The notes under the pieces: model-generated
What the model saw: only the letters and a program-made list of their open reading frames with translations
What the model was told of the DNA's origin: nothing
Databases searched by the model: none
Made by a program: the position numbers and the translations under genes
From: Marsupella aquatica
Lineage: Eukaryota > Plantae > Marchantiophyta
Assembly (NCBI GenBank): GCA_973895155.1
Contig: OZ316898.1
Location: forward strand, 9,824,286-9,888,285
Length of the DNA: 64,000 nucleotides
Reading direction: 5' to 3'
Shown: piece by piece, positions 51,273 through 64,000 of the stretch
How positions within the stretch are numbered: position 1 is the stretch's first letter
Layout of the letters: each line of letters begins with the position of its first letter

Positions 51273-51699
51273 ACTGTACAGGCTGGACCGACTGCATACG
51301 ACTCTCAGCTGCAATAAATCGCACTTGTGAATCACCAGCTTCCAAGAGGGGCCCAGTTGCCACCCACAGGCAGCAAAGTCCAATCCAGGATGAGAGTACA
51401 GGCTGCCATTCGTGAGACGACTGCCTTGAAGGCGGCTCAAGTGCCACCCACTGGCAGTCGAAGTCCAACCCACAGTAATGCTAAAGTGGGCAATCGGCAT
51501 CAAGAGAACTGTCGTAAATGGCACCTTAACCAGCTTCCAAAGGAGACCCATTTGTCAGCCACAGGCAGTCCAAGTCCAATTCATAATAAGACTACATCGG
51601 AAACTCAGCAGCAACAGCTAAGATAAATCACGCCAAGTGATTCACCAGCTTCCAAGAGGGGCCCAATTGCCACCCACAGGCAGTCCCATCCACAACTAG
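51213..51699 (+). repeat. Five tandem IDA-like peptide-coding modules
   Basis: Modules start at 51213, 51336, 51418, 51531, 51646; consensus (R/Q)LP(R/K)xxx(V/L)PPTGSPSPIHN. Confidence 0.85.
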
Positions 51700-52217
51700 C
51701 CTAATGGGTGGGATTCAGTATCACAGTAGCCACACAGAGAAACATCGAAGGGAGTTCAAGAAATTGTCGAATGCTCTCGTGTTCTGATTACAGATGCCCA
51801 AGCTCCCCATAGTTCCCTAACTATCTCGCAAATTTCTCATCTTTGTGATTTTCAGTGCATAACATAAATTAGTTCCTATTCGTACACCTGGGAGTTTTAG
51901 TCTCAAATTGTAAGACAAGTATCTGTCTTCGCTGAAAAGGAGTAATATGCTCTTGCAGTGTGTTGCTTGCATGACGTGAAATGCTAAGATTCTCTCTCGT
52001 ACTGAGTGTATTGAGTCTAACCTACGGGCTTTTTGAGCACCTGGGGCAGAGCCATGTGTACTAATTAGCGGTCCTTCTAGTTTCCCAGTGAGCTCTGAAC
52101 AGAAGTCCTTATGATTCTCATAAACGCTCTTGTTTCAGAATCTGGTTCGTGTAGGCATGGCCGCAGTAAGCTCATCCACACGACTCCTTGATCACAGAAA
52201 TAAGTGGTCCTAAGCTT

Positions 52218-52297
52218 TGTCACGTGCAATAGCGCGCTGCTTGTAGAAATAAAATCTGTCACGTGCAGTAGCGCCCTGCTTGTAGAAATAAAATCTC
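52218..52297. repeat. 39-bp tandem duplication containing G-box CACGTG
   Basis: tgtcacgtgca.tagcgc.ctgcttgtagaaataaaatct twice. Confidence 0.85.
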
Positions 52298-53912
52298 CCA
52301 CTGCGAGGGACGGGGCAAATTGCAATTGACGCGCATGCGTGTTTATATCCAGAAGGAAATTCCCACTTCACGTGGTTTTGGACAAGTTTTCAGCTAGAAT
52401 TTTCAAACATCTCCGTAGACGAGTCTACTTGATTGAGCCTGGTGCAAATCCAGTTTCAAGAGATCAACAGGTTTCAGATGTTGCACAGTGGCACGTTGAA
52501 AATGTCGAGGGCAAACGAAATTTATATTCTATCAGTGTCAAGTACTCAGATGGAAAGCAGTAAACGAAGTTCCCTCCGTTCTCGGCAATCCTGCTGTGTT
52601 CGGCCCACCTAAGCACGAATCCCTACGCAAATGTACACAGTGCTCGTAGTCGTTTGGCTGAGTTTACGATGGCTTATCTGCATCCACCTTGAACTCTAAA
52701 GAACTACGATGCACAAAAAATTTACCGGAGGTGGCTGTTTAGCTCTCGTTGGATGTTCATGTTAAAACTCGTGGTCTTATTCCACCTGAGTATGCGCTAC
52801 GGTGTCAATATAACTCTCAGTTCAATTGAAATTTACACTCGGCCATACAATCTTGAGAGGTAACCATTTAACCAATAACTCCCAGACGGCTGCAGTTCAA
52901 ATTCCGCAAAGTCATACTTCCGTTGTCGGCGAATCATTCTAGCTGCCACTACGCTGATACCAAAGTTAAGAGTGACAGATGATGGACAGAAACACACAAA
53001 ATAATGAGTCATCTCTTTATTGCAAGCCACATAGATAATAGGAGCAAATTTCCTTGTATCTTATCACTTCTCACGCAAAATACAGTAGTCTCACCAAGCT
53101 TGACGACCTACAACCTTCAACATTCATCAAAATTCACAGAGAGCGTCACGAACAAAGGGAACGCGAAGAAAGGGAAATAGCCGCATAGCTGGTTGTACAC
53201 GAGGAGACAAATCTACTCAGATCATGTGAGATGGCAAATAGCATGTTGGCACTTATTATATTGCATCCTTCAAAAGAGAAACACTCAGATCACATGATTG
53301 AACATGGTCATGAGCCCATTATATGGTGGCCTGAGGCGCTCGAGCTAAAACCAACCTCAAACCCAAGCTCTCAATAAATAATGGCTTTAATTGTCCTCTG
53401 CGGGGACTATTGCATTAAAACCTCCTTTCACCCTGCATCAAGCCACTCGTGAGTTAGTATCCAGTTCAAGATCATGGTAGGTACACAGATGGCTCTACTG
53501 AAACCGAAACAGAAGGAAACCTGCAATGCCCTCCTCACCTTGACGGATAGAATGCTCCTCACAAGGACTTCCGGAGTAAGCCTAGGCTAGAAAGAAATGG
53601 CTACAAACATGGCATTCAAGGTTGAAAATACTCACAGGCATCATTGATGCGGACACTAACATTCGTCCCGATAACTTCCAGGCTCGAAATTCCTTCATGA
53701 CATTTGGCCTGAATCCTCTACTCTTAGAAGTTGACATGATTCCAGTACTGGTCCAACACTCGAATAATACATATACCATCTCTGCCTCAGCGTCGCCCTT
53801 GCGAGACCGCAGCTTCACTTAACTCGCGACCACACTAAAAATAGCCACAAAACACAGAAGACCAGCACCGACTTAGCTGGATCGCTCTTAGGACCTGCCA
53901 AAAATGACTGAT

Positions 53913-56900
53913 CTAGCTTCTCCCTGAAACGTTGGACGGCACAGACATTCCAGCGCCACGGCCATTCTTCTCGAGTCTGCGCAGACCCACGAAAAAGTCA
54001 GATACATCCTGGATTGACCCTGTCATAACATCAGCAAGGAAACCCTCGCTGTATAGCCTTCGCACACTGAAAGATCCGATCCGACTATCCCAGTGGGCAC
54101 AATCACGTTTCAATGTTTGCGAGACGCAGTCAAGGCTATGAACTAAAGTTCTCAGTCAGTATGATGTGCTCCCCGAGTAATCAGTAAGTCGCGAACACGC
54201 CGGCTCTTGGCCGCCAAAAACCTTCACAACTTTTGAACGCCTTGCACCTCAGGAGGCCAGTACTCCTTACTAGCAAACTGGGTTAGACTAGAAGGTTTCT
54301 CTGTACATCACGACATCCGCCTATGTGCTGTTGTATTCACCAAAAATGACAGCATGTGTAGTGCTAGTTTTAAATCTTATACATGGGATCCAAGGTCACG
54401 TGATCTAGCAATATCAAATTCCATAAAGATTATGAGAGCTGTGAGGTTTGACGTACGAAGGTGCAAGACGACCAAGGCTCCTAAGTTCGGAGCCAGTAGC
54501 TTCTTCGACGACTCTTCCTTCAATCTCGATGAGGTACGACATCTCTGGCGTATCTGGGAGTCCACGGCGACATAATTTCTCTTTATCCACATGATGGAGC
54601 TCCCTACCGTTCACAAAAATGCCAGTCCGACCAGCAGCACAATCCCTTGTCATGGGATAATTGAACTCTTCAATAAAAGGCTGCAGCACAAGTTGAATGA
54701 ATGCGTAAGACAGCTCAGAGAACAGATTTCGAATACGGTGCAGCGACTAAGCAAGGATTCCCAATTATAATTTAAGACAGTTCCTGAAGCCTGCCAAGTC
54801 ACGAATTGACATGATGTACAGTCGATAGGTTGGGTCGCCTTACAGGAATAATTCCAAGGCATTGACCTCCTGCCACACCCCAGAATCCAGCTTGACTGTC
54901 ATACCTGCCACAAAAATTCATAAGCTAAACTTCAATTCCATTGAATATGGCATATTGTGAGGCTCCCCTCAACCTTGCTACTGTCGACCAGCGCAAGCCA
55001 AAATGACATGAACCTAGCGTACTATGTATTGACAATGTTGGGAAAGCTTGTCAGTGTCTTCTTGAATCGAGGTAAGAGATACTCACCAGTAAGTGCCAGG
55101 ATAAATAGGACCTGCCTGTTCTTCAGCCTGCTTCACCAGATGATCAGGTATGGGCTTGCCATTGACTACAACCTTTCTACGATAGTGAGCTGCGCTAGCC
55201 TGCCAGCTCTTCCTGAATATAAATATACGATTCAGTGTTTTGTTCAAACCCCGTGGTGCTTCATGCACTTGCTCATTCGTTGCATCAGCAGAAGCACGCC
55301 CAGAAGTCGTCGGATTCTGCTGGGTCGAACGATTCGGTAGGGGCGGAGGAGATCTGGAGTTTAAGTGATTCAACTGTGGAGAACCTGCGGCCGACAGTGT
55401 TCGATGCATAGAATCACTATCAGAGTCACTCAGGATACCCTCTGAAGATGGCTTACGTTCTGGTGCTGGCAATCTGTGACCAGCATTTACATTTAGAGGT
55501 ATAGTATTGATGTACCTACTAGGGTGAGGAGAGGAAGGAGATTCAGTTTCTGAACCCGTCGAGGCACCATCTAGGGCTAGGTTTGCTGGAAGATTGACGT
55601 TAATTGAAAGGTTTTCAACTCTCTCGTAGAGTGCTCTCTCCTCCAAGAGGTCTTCACCTATGTCCTTCAAATCCTCGTTGCCAAGAGAATGCTTCCTGAT
55701 AAGAGGCGTTTGGGTTTGGGCTTGGACTTGTTGGACTTGTTGCTTCCTTTCAGCGAGATCAGAGACAGAGTACCTGCGCATACCCCGTTCGTTCTCACCA
55801 GCACCGAGAGAATCGCTGACGGGTCTGAAAGTTGAGGTGAATTCCGCCTGAGAGTCGGGACTGGAGGCTAACAAACCAGCACCGTTGTTTGGCAGCGAAT
55901 GGGACCTTGAAGAAGAGTTATAAACCTGCAAGGAATTGGAGCCCTCCGTTCGCGGGATAGAAAATGTCGATATCTTCTTGCAGGAACCACAACGTAATTT
56001 CTGCGTATTTTTTTGGTTAGCAGGAAGGTTTTCGGGAACTGCCAAAAGTACCCCACAATGGTGACACAGAACTTGCTGCAACGCACCTGGGGGAGGCAAT
56101 GGAGGATAGAGCCCCTGCTTGGGTGGGAGTTGGCCAGTTTGTAATTGTCCTCGCACAGAAGAGGCTAACCTAGACTGGAAGGGATGCAAGGATGACGGTT
56201 CTGGAAGGTAGGAACGAGGATGGGAAGAAGAATTCGGTGACCACTGGGAAGGTTGGACATATCTGTTGACCCACGGCTGCTGGGGCCCAAGCAAAGGGTT
56301 ACTAGCAAATGGGTTCGTCTGCCTGCTGTAATTGTCATACATAGAGGTTGAGGTGGTTAATGGACGACCTCTGCCTTTGTTATAATCTCTTCCGCTTGGA
56401 TCCGAAGACGCCCTTGGGAGATAATCTGCCTGCTGGCCACTCCCATAGTCCTGACTTGAAGACTTCTGGCGAACCGATAATGGAGTCTCTCTTAGTGGTC
56501 CCGTGTGGCCAGGTCCTGCTGTCCCCACAGTAGAAACTCTATCGTCCCAGCTGTGTCTCCGAGCTGCTACATTAATCAACCTAGTAGCATTATCGATGTC
56601 GTTGTCCAGGCTCGCCGTCTCTCTGTGTGAGCTATACGAACTGCTCTCCTCCGAGAGAACACCTCTGTTACTCGAAGTGCTGCTGGATCGTGGAATGAGA
56701 CGTCTGGACACCGGTTGAGAAATGCCTTGGTCGACGATGGCACGGGGATGCGGCTCCATTTCACCAGAAAATTGCCCAGAGCCAGCTCCTCCTGGGCTAA
56801 TCTCCACTTCCTCCAGAGTTGTGGAGGAGGTGTCACTCGGTTCGTAGTCCAGCTGAGCCACCGAGTTCTCGTACATGTCTAAAGGTCTATGGGAGTGCTC

Positions 56901-58421
56901 TGAAGGAGTGCGCATGAATTGCTGCTGCTGCCCTGCTGCTCGTGCTACTTGTTCATTCTCGCTCAAAGAACGTCTACTCTTGTGTCCATTTCTCCAGTCG
57001 GGCACGACGTAGTCCACCGACGTGCTCTCCTTGACACTCGCGGTGGACGTCACATCGTCCTGCGAGCTCCCGTCATCGTCCGCTCCCGATGAGGTCGCTT
57101 CCTCCCCCGAATCGGACTCTCGGGCTTTCCAACTGAGTTTCCGACGAGACACTACTGAAGCAATATTGCTTCTCACAGCCATTGGTGGCTGGGAGCCATG
57201 GGCCTCGTTGCTACTAGACTCGTGGCCACTACGCAGAGATCCGAGGTCATGATGGTGGTTGTAGGCGTTGCTTTGCACAGAATCCAGAGCGAAACCAGGA
57301 TGATTTCGCTGCTGCACGTGCGATACTCGTAACTGCTGCTGGGGAACCTCGCTGGTGATGAAATCGTTTCCATTATTAGTAGTACGAGACTCGGCCGATG
57401 CGAGGGTTGTTTCGGTTCCGTATGACTGTGCCCCCACACTTGGCATGGTCTTCAACTCGCCTGAGGAGGTTTCGTCTGTGTGCTGTTGGCTGCGAACTTC
57501 AGTTCGCTGCTGGACTTGGATAAGAGACCCATACGATGCGCGTGGGTCGGAGCTCGAGGACCAATGTTGTTCTCTGGATGATGCAAGTTCCTTCTGTTGG
57601 GAAGCTCTGGGTGACGATTCAAAAACACGGTGCATCATGTCCTTCTCCTGATTTCTCAAAGATTGCAGGAATGAATCACTCAAAACCATACCGGCATCTA
57701 GGGCGGAATGTTGTTGTTGCTGAGGCTTCGTCACTCCCCAGCCGACATCCCTTGGACGCATTCCATTCTCGGGGACAATTTCCTGCCTATCCTTATAAAT
57801 AGGTGAATCAATTCCGCTTTCTGTTAAGTCGTACTCATCTGCGACATCACTTCCTATCTCACCAGACGAGGAGTCGGAGTACAACGAGTTCCTTCTCCGC
57901 TGCTCAGCACTGATCCGCCGATTCGCAGCTTCCAAATCTCTCGGTGTTGCGTGCTTGGCTGAATGACAGAGGGCATGGCAAACTTTCAACTTTGAACGCA
58001 ATGCATGGATCTTTCTTTGACACAGATAACCACTTTTCAGGAGAGAGGACCAAGCACCGGTGACAAGATTTACCCATCAGGCGCCTTATTGGTTGAGGAC
58101 GAGCATACAGAAAAGACGAAAGAAAGTTGAAGTACAACCAAGGCGACGAATTGAAATAGACAAACACTGCAAAGCATCTGAACTGACTGGAACGACTACA
58201 AATCGCAAGGATGCTACAATTCCATCACGCTATGATCTATGGACTCATTGAACACCACGCGAAAATCCATCGCCTGAGGACACAGCATAATACAAACCTT
58301 GAAGAGTTGTAGAGCAATTTCCACACTGATAAATAGGGTAACCTGGAGGAGGCTCTTGGAGAATTGAGCGGCACTTGGGACACTTAACAATTCTGGGTGC
58401 TGTGGGTGGCAGTGTTGGCAT
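53913..58421 (-). CDS. EDR4-like/DUF3133 zinc-ribbon protein with C-terminal XLG-like domain, ~1114 aa; exons 58421-58298, 57958-55087, 54904-54844, 54680-54457, 53976-53913
   Basis: N-terminal RIVKCPKCRSILQEPPPGYPIYQCGNCSTTLQAK; internal CHHC...QKLRCGSCKKIS; C-terminal VVVNGKPIPD...AGPIYPGTYWYDSQAGFWGV...CLGIIPPFIEEF...GIFVNGRELH...RGLP...SLGRLAP; all introns GT-AG and in phase. Confidence 0.92.
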
Positions 58422-60837
58422 TGTTTCTCCCCTCCGATTGGAAAATTTTACCCCTTCGGCTACCTAGAAGAAACCACAGCAACAAATTGTAAGATCACCA
58501 ACTTTCCACCACATAAGGGCAGCAGCTCGCAGAAATGACTAGCAAACGCAGTCAATGTCCCAGCTCTTCAATCCGTTCTAGAAGTGTGCATTTGACTGTG
58601 GCCAAACAGATGCCAGGAGAACTTTTCGCAGCGACATTGCCAAAGAGGTGCACGTCCTTACATCGGGTGAATGCCCAACATGTAACAAGGGACAGAGGTT
58701 CACTAGTATTTTATTCAATCTCTGCGTCATTCGCTGCCACACATGCTATTGCTTTCCTCAAGTCAAACCCATTACAAGTCTGACGAACGTCGTCATTGAG
58801 CTCAGTCTTGTCGAATTTATGCTTCGACAAAAACTGAGATACATGCTGTGTGCATCATCATACCTTCAGCTGTCGACCTTGCCAATATCATTCACAAGCG
58901 ATCTCGACGTTCTGGATGAGGACGCGACTTCGGTTCTGCTCAAAATAGAAAAACAGAATTGCCAGTTGAGAGAAGGTTCAACAGTTTCTTAACAATGAGA
59001 AATCTATGTCTAATGCCAAAAAGTCCATACATCGACGTTTAAGAAGAAACAGGAGAAATCTGTGCGAGAATTCGCCTCGTCATGTGAAAGCATTCTCTAG
59101 TCAAAACCAATCACAGCTTTTCCTCATTCTGTCTTTGAATCCTCTGGAAATGCTCGAGAGCAAGCATCTGAATAACAAGAGGGTTTCATCAAAGATATTC
59201 ACTCAAGGATACTTGATTGCAACGAGGTTCCTCAACAACACGGCTAGATTCAGCTACAACATTTGACCCTGAGGATTTCGACAACTTGGAACCTCGATCT
59301 TCGCCGGCTGCAAACTCAAACTCCAACCACCCACAAGATTGCCACGTCAAACGGTCCACTCACACGAGACAGCTTCCGTCGAACCATTCAGCAACCACAA
59401 CTTTAGAAACCTACTATCGACTAGGAGCTTACACTAACAGCAGCACCCATCACAGAAACCGAGCATCCATGTCCTCAACATAATAGCACCGCTCGTGGGG
59501 CCTGTACGACGAATGGCCCTCCTTAAATCAATCACACCCTTATTATGCTCGAGCCAGCCTGCATCCAACCTTACATTTATGCCTTTCCACCGCCGTCACA
59601 TCCCATCCAACGCTCTCCACGTAACGTCACCCTCTGTACGCACAGTCCTGTCCATTACAACCTTTCTCTATATCTTCCCGGTGCCGAACACCCAGCCAGC
59701 CAGTCGACCCTTAGATGATGCCGACAACTTCAAGAGCCACTTCGCCTGAACGATCCCTCGTCCAAATCCAGAGCACCAACTCGAATTCAATTCACTACAA
59801 CGCGTCCCGCCGGCTCCAGCCTCACTCTCTCTGTCTGCCGCGCTCCTCTAGGCTCTAGTCGCAGCGTTCTCGTTTCTCCTCCTACGCCTGATGAGCACCA
59901 GCCAGATCATCATCTCCGAGTACCGTGAGTCAAGGCCGTGGGCGGCGTGCAAGCACAGTCTCTGTTACCAGTTCACGGTACTACTCCTCAGAGACGCCAT
60001 AATCCCAGCACTCAACGGCCAACAACCACTCGGCCATTTTGTTCACATGCGAGTTGACAGCCCACATTAGTAGTGATCGTAGTAGTACTTCACATCCACG
60101 CGGTAGTCAGTCACCAGACTCGGCGTTGCCGGTTCACTTTTTTTCCCTTTCGCTCCCCTCTCTCTCATCAGGCGACGAGGTGATGAGTGCCCTAAGTGCC
60201 GAGCGAAAGCGCTCTCCCGCAGGACCTTTTTCACCTCGGACCGACTTTTTTTTTTAATTCGAAATCAATCCACCCCAAGCTCAGGAAACAGTGCAAACGC
60301 GCGGAAGCTCCCGCGCACTTGGATCATCGCCGTGAACACCAGAATAGTCAAAAGTGAACGCATCACAGCAGAGATTTGTCATTCAAATGAACGAATGTTT
60401 CAAAGGACATACGAGGATCACGATGTACGCGTCCCATACGAGAACGGTACGAGGCCAGCACGCCGCTCGCGAGGCTTGTCGTAGTCTGGGCCTGGACATC
60501 GAGTCTTCGTCAACGAGAGCTGGAATTGAATATAATAGTAGGGAACAGAGACAGAGAGTCGTCCATCGGCGAGCTGACTCTCGATGTTGGAATGCGCTTT
60601 ATCTTTGAAAGTGAGCTCTCGCCATACGACGCTCCGATCCTTAGAGAGTACCGTGTCTCCATCCTTTTTTTCTGTCTCACAGCTCTGGCATTCAGGCGGG
60701 CGGCAACAAGACCGTGGAACAGTCTCAGCGCGGAGTACGAGGGAATCCGTGGGCCAGGTTGAGAGCTTCAGATACTCAGAGCAGTGCACGTGAGGAAATC
60801 CAGTCAGATCTCGAGACGACGTTAGTCGAAATGTGCC

Positions 60838-61225
60838 TTGGTTCGCGATCTGCTGAAGATTGCGAAAGCCACCGTTTACTGGCTTTCCAGACTACTTTCG
60901 TGAGTCGTAATTGACTTGGTTCGCGTGGTTCGCGATCTTTTTGAAGATTGCGAAAGCTAGTTTTACTTCCTTCCAGACTCCTTTTGTGAGTAGTAATTAA
61001 CTTGGTTCGCTATCTTTTGAAGATGCGGAAATTTTTACTTTGCTTCCAAGACTAGTTTTGTGAGTCATAATAAAACTTGGTTTGCAATCTTTTGAAGATT
61101 GCGAAAAGTTGGTTTTACTAGCTTCCAGACTACTTTTGTGAGTCATAATTAACTTTAAAATATTGCGAAAGTTAGTTTTACTTGCTTCCAGACTACCTTG
61201 GTGAGTCATAATCAACCTGGTTTGT
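60838..61225. repeat. Tandem repeat, ~75-80-bp unit, ~5 copies, with degenerate outliers to ~61750
   Basis: ttggttcgcgatct..tgaagattgcgaaag..ttttact.gcttccagact..ttttgtgagtc.taat at 60838, 60916, 61002, 61077, ~61160. Confidence 0.9.
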
Positions 61226-63243
61226 CACCTTTTGAGTGTATTGTTCCCAGTGTTTCCTTCGTACCTAGCCAAAACATGTAATAGTGTTTAATTTCCTCTA
61301 TCTTTTGAATATTAGAGTTTGTTTTACTTGCTTCCAGACTTTCATGGGTGGCAATTTAAATTATTCTCAACTAGAAAGTCCATCTTCTCAGTTTCCTTTA
61401 TACCTGGCCAAAACATGTGGTACAAGAAAATATGCAGATCATTTCAGCAAATAACAGTGTTTGTCCAGGGGCATTTTGCCTTATGTGAAGTTTTTCAAGC
61501 TGCCATGTAAGGAATTTAATTTCATCTTCATTACCCCAAAGTACCCGCATTCTATTCCAACCCATTGTTGTGGGATGTTATATTTCTGCATTGGGTGCCA
61601 AATGCTTTTATTAAATGATTTCTGGTGCAAACCTGATTACCATTGTAGTGACTTAGAGGTAACTTGGTTTGCTATTCTCAAGTGCAACTTGCCTCCAGAA
61701 TTTTATGGGTGGCCATTTAAAATTATCCCAACCAGAAAAAAACAGATGTTTTACGTGTATCTAGCCTAAACATGCGTTGGTGGCAAATTTCAGCATGTAA
61801 CACTTGTGCGGAGCATTTAATCTACAGAAGATTTCCAGGCTCTCCTTTCTTTAATTTCCTCTCCATTTCTCGACATGCACCATATTTTTCCAGTCCACTT
61901 GAAGTTAATGTCCTACCCATTTCCCTAAACAACGCCCATATATCTCCAGTCCACCTTTTGGAAAGTCGCCATTTTGTCCTGGCAACAAACACGATTTAGT
62001 TAAAAATTGGTGGAGGACTAAAGATAGGACAAGAGGAGGACATTTGAACACGGAGATGGTTTTCAGGCCGCAAGACATCCGCCGTGTCTTCATTATTCTA
62101 CAGGGTATATGACACTGCCAAAGTGCCAAACTACGTACACTCCAAATTAATGCGGATTGTTTACAACTCAGGTTCCACCCAGGCGCGACTCGGACTGCCA
62201 TACGAGTTTGTACAATACAGGTCTTCCTTCGTTACACCACTGATACGGAATACGGAGGTACGAACCGGGGGCGGTAGAACGCGGGATGCCGGAATGCCGG
62301 TTGCAGCGTGAAGAAGGGGTCGTTTCTATTTCTTTATTATTGTTTTCATGACTGACACAATCGACGGCGAGGAAGTAGAAGGTGCCGGTGTGGAGGGATC
62401 TCGAGCCGTCAATTTCGAGTTCGTTAACTGCAGTTAGTTTCCTGTTTCCCCAAACGCGGAAATGAAAATCTCTGTTCGGGCCTGTATTCTGCAGTCCCTA
62501 GCGTCCCGAACTCAGGCTGGCGGTAATTCTCCGAGAATTATTGGTTCTAATAATAGGGTGTCTCAAATCTTTCCTTTTTGCCTCAACAACAACTTCCCCA
62601 AAAACATGGTACCCAAACTCTACCGTAGTCGTCATTAGGTTCGCAGTGAAAATAATTAAATCCAGAAAATTGGACGGCCAGCGCACAAATTTGTGACTGC
62701 ATACGTGTCAGGCCGGGAAATTATTTTTTACAGTCCGTGAAACAGTTCAATTTTTTTTACCAGTCCCGTTTCACCCACTTTTACTGGGAATTATTTAAAT
62801 GTGGGACTCATTCGGCCCGGGTACTCTTGGACATTTTTCCCCGTCATTGAAACACGCGACATGAAATTTGGCACCATTTACGACCGCGATGTGCAAGGCA
62901 ATTCACGGAGCACACATTCATGGCTCACAAGAAGACATTCATGATTCACAGGCCCACACGTAGACAGATCCAATGTTTCATGGAGAATGCAGGAGTGTTA
63001 TTCAGATGTTGAAAGCCAAATCATCCACAAGCGAATGGAGGCCTACTTCATTGACAAATTCAATGAATCGTGGAAGATTAAATCCAAACAAAATTTGACA
63101 AAATCACAGAATTGAGTGTGTACACACTTAAAGAAGAGCATACAGGCAAAACGCCCTTAAGTGCCTTCGAGCTTCTATCGATAAAGTTACTACGGCTCAT
63201 CAACTACACTGTAAACTACTTGGAATGCTCTAATCTCTCTAAA

Positions 63244-63924
63244 CTACTTAGAACGCTGCGGTCGTTTGGCAAGTGTTTTGGTTCGCGGGGCTTGTCCATA
63301 GCGCCGTCTAATACTCGCCCGAGCTTCTTCAAGCATCGCAGCCTCCTCCCGTTGTAAACGCCTGTCAAAGTTTGTCAAAGCATTGTCGAAGACGCGACGA
63401 CCATGTGTGCCAACTTCATCTTGTACAGCAGCGCTGGCGCGAGGTGATTCCGCATTGTCGGGAGGAGGCATTGCCTCCCTTCGCAATTGGTTGGGCGGAC
63501 GGTTATCTGAAGTGAAATGCTTTGGATCCAAGTCGTATTGGTCCTGTGGAATGGATGAAAGTTGGAAGAAAATGTCGGCAGGAACCTGCACTGCAATTGC
63601 ATACACATCCACTCCAACACATTTGAACAGAAGCTCCTTGCCAAAGCAAGTCCTAAAAGGCTCCTTTGATGCGTTGGTCCAATTGCTAACATTGGTGCAA
63701 TAGAGTGTCTGATAATGCATACGTTGGGGTCCATGAGCTGGACTTGAAGGATCCTCGGGCTTGGGCAAGAAGAGTGACTCGCACAACATTGTATCATAGT
63801 TCACAGGACATGGCAGCAAGTGAGAACGGTTGTAGTCCACCGGTGTCAAGCTTGAATCCGCGTTCGACATGGAGCTCCTTACACAAGTCCCACACAATGA
63901 ATCAGAAACAATCCCCAAATCCAC
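63244..63924 (-). CDS. Unidentified 226-aa ORF, possibly the last exon of a gene or TE extending beyond the window
   Basis: Long open frame with protein-like composition and a basic C-terminus; no recognised domain; non-ATG start in the track. Confidence 0.35.
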   Translation of the reverse strand: MDLGIVSDSLCGTCVRSSMSNADSSLTPVDYNRSHLLPCPVNYDTMLCESLFLPKPEDPSSPAHGPQRMHYQTLYCTNVSNWTNASKEPFRTCFGKELLFKCVGVDVYAIAVQVPADIFFQLSSIPQDQYDLDPKHFTSDNRPPNQLRREAMPPPDNAESPRASAAVQDEVGTHGRRVFDNALTNFDRRLQREEAAMLEEARASIRRRYGQAPRTKTLAKRPQRSK

Positions 63925-64000
63925 ACAAAAGGAGCTGCGGCGCCAGAGCGAAGTCGATTAGGCACAATGCAAGACACCAGAATGAGTTAGTCCTACCAGG

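Overview
Eukaryotic land-plant nuclear DNA with spliceosomal GT-AG introns and plastid transit peptides. The gene families suggest a bryophyte, probably a liverwort (inference). No rRNA, tRNA or CRISPR was seen. Left to right: a 136-bp satellite, then a two-exon ankyrin/PGG transmembrane gene (ACD6/ITN1-like). A ~5.3-5.6 kb segment is duplicated ~16.9 kb apart and carries a head-to-head pair, GRXS16 and isopropylmalate isomerase small subunit. The copies decayed reciprocally: copy A keeps GRXS16, copy B keeps IPMI-SSU. Between the duplicates lie two divergent stand-alone SERAC1/SesB-type alpha/beta-hydrolase genes resembling liverwort hydrolase-NLR N-termini (one GHSLG, one GHCLG), with LRR-like relics between them. 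Further right are LINE-like remnants, an 8-exon NECAP gene, a locus ending in an IDA-like peptide followed by four decayed copies of that peptide module, and a 5-exon EDR4/DUF3133 zinc-ribbon + XLG-like gene. The best novelty candidates are the multi-module IDA-like peptide array and the Ser/Cys hydrolase pair. All gene models were spliced by eye and no database searches were run.
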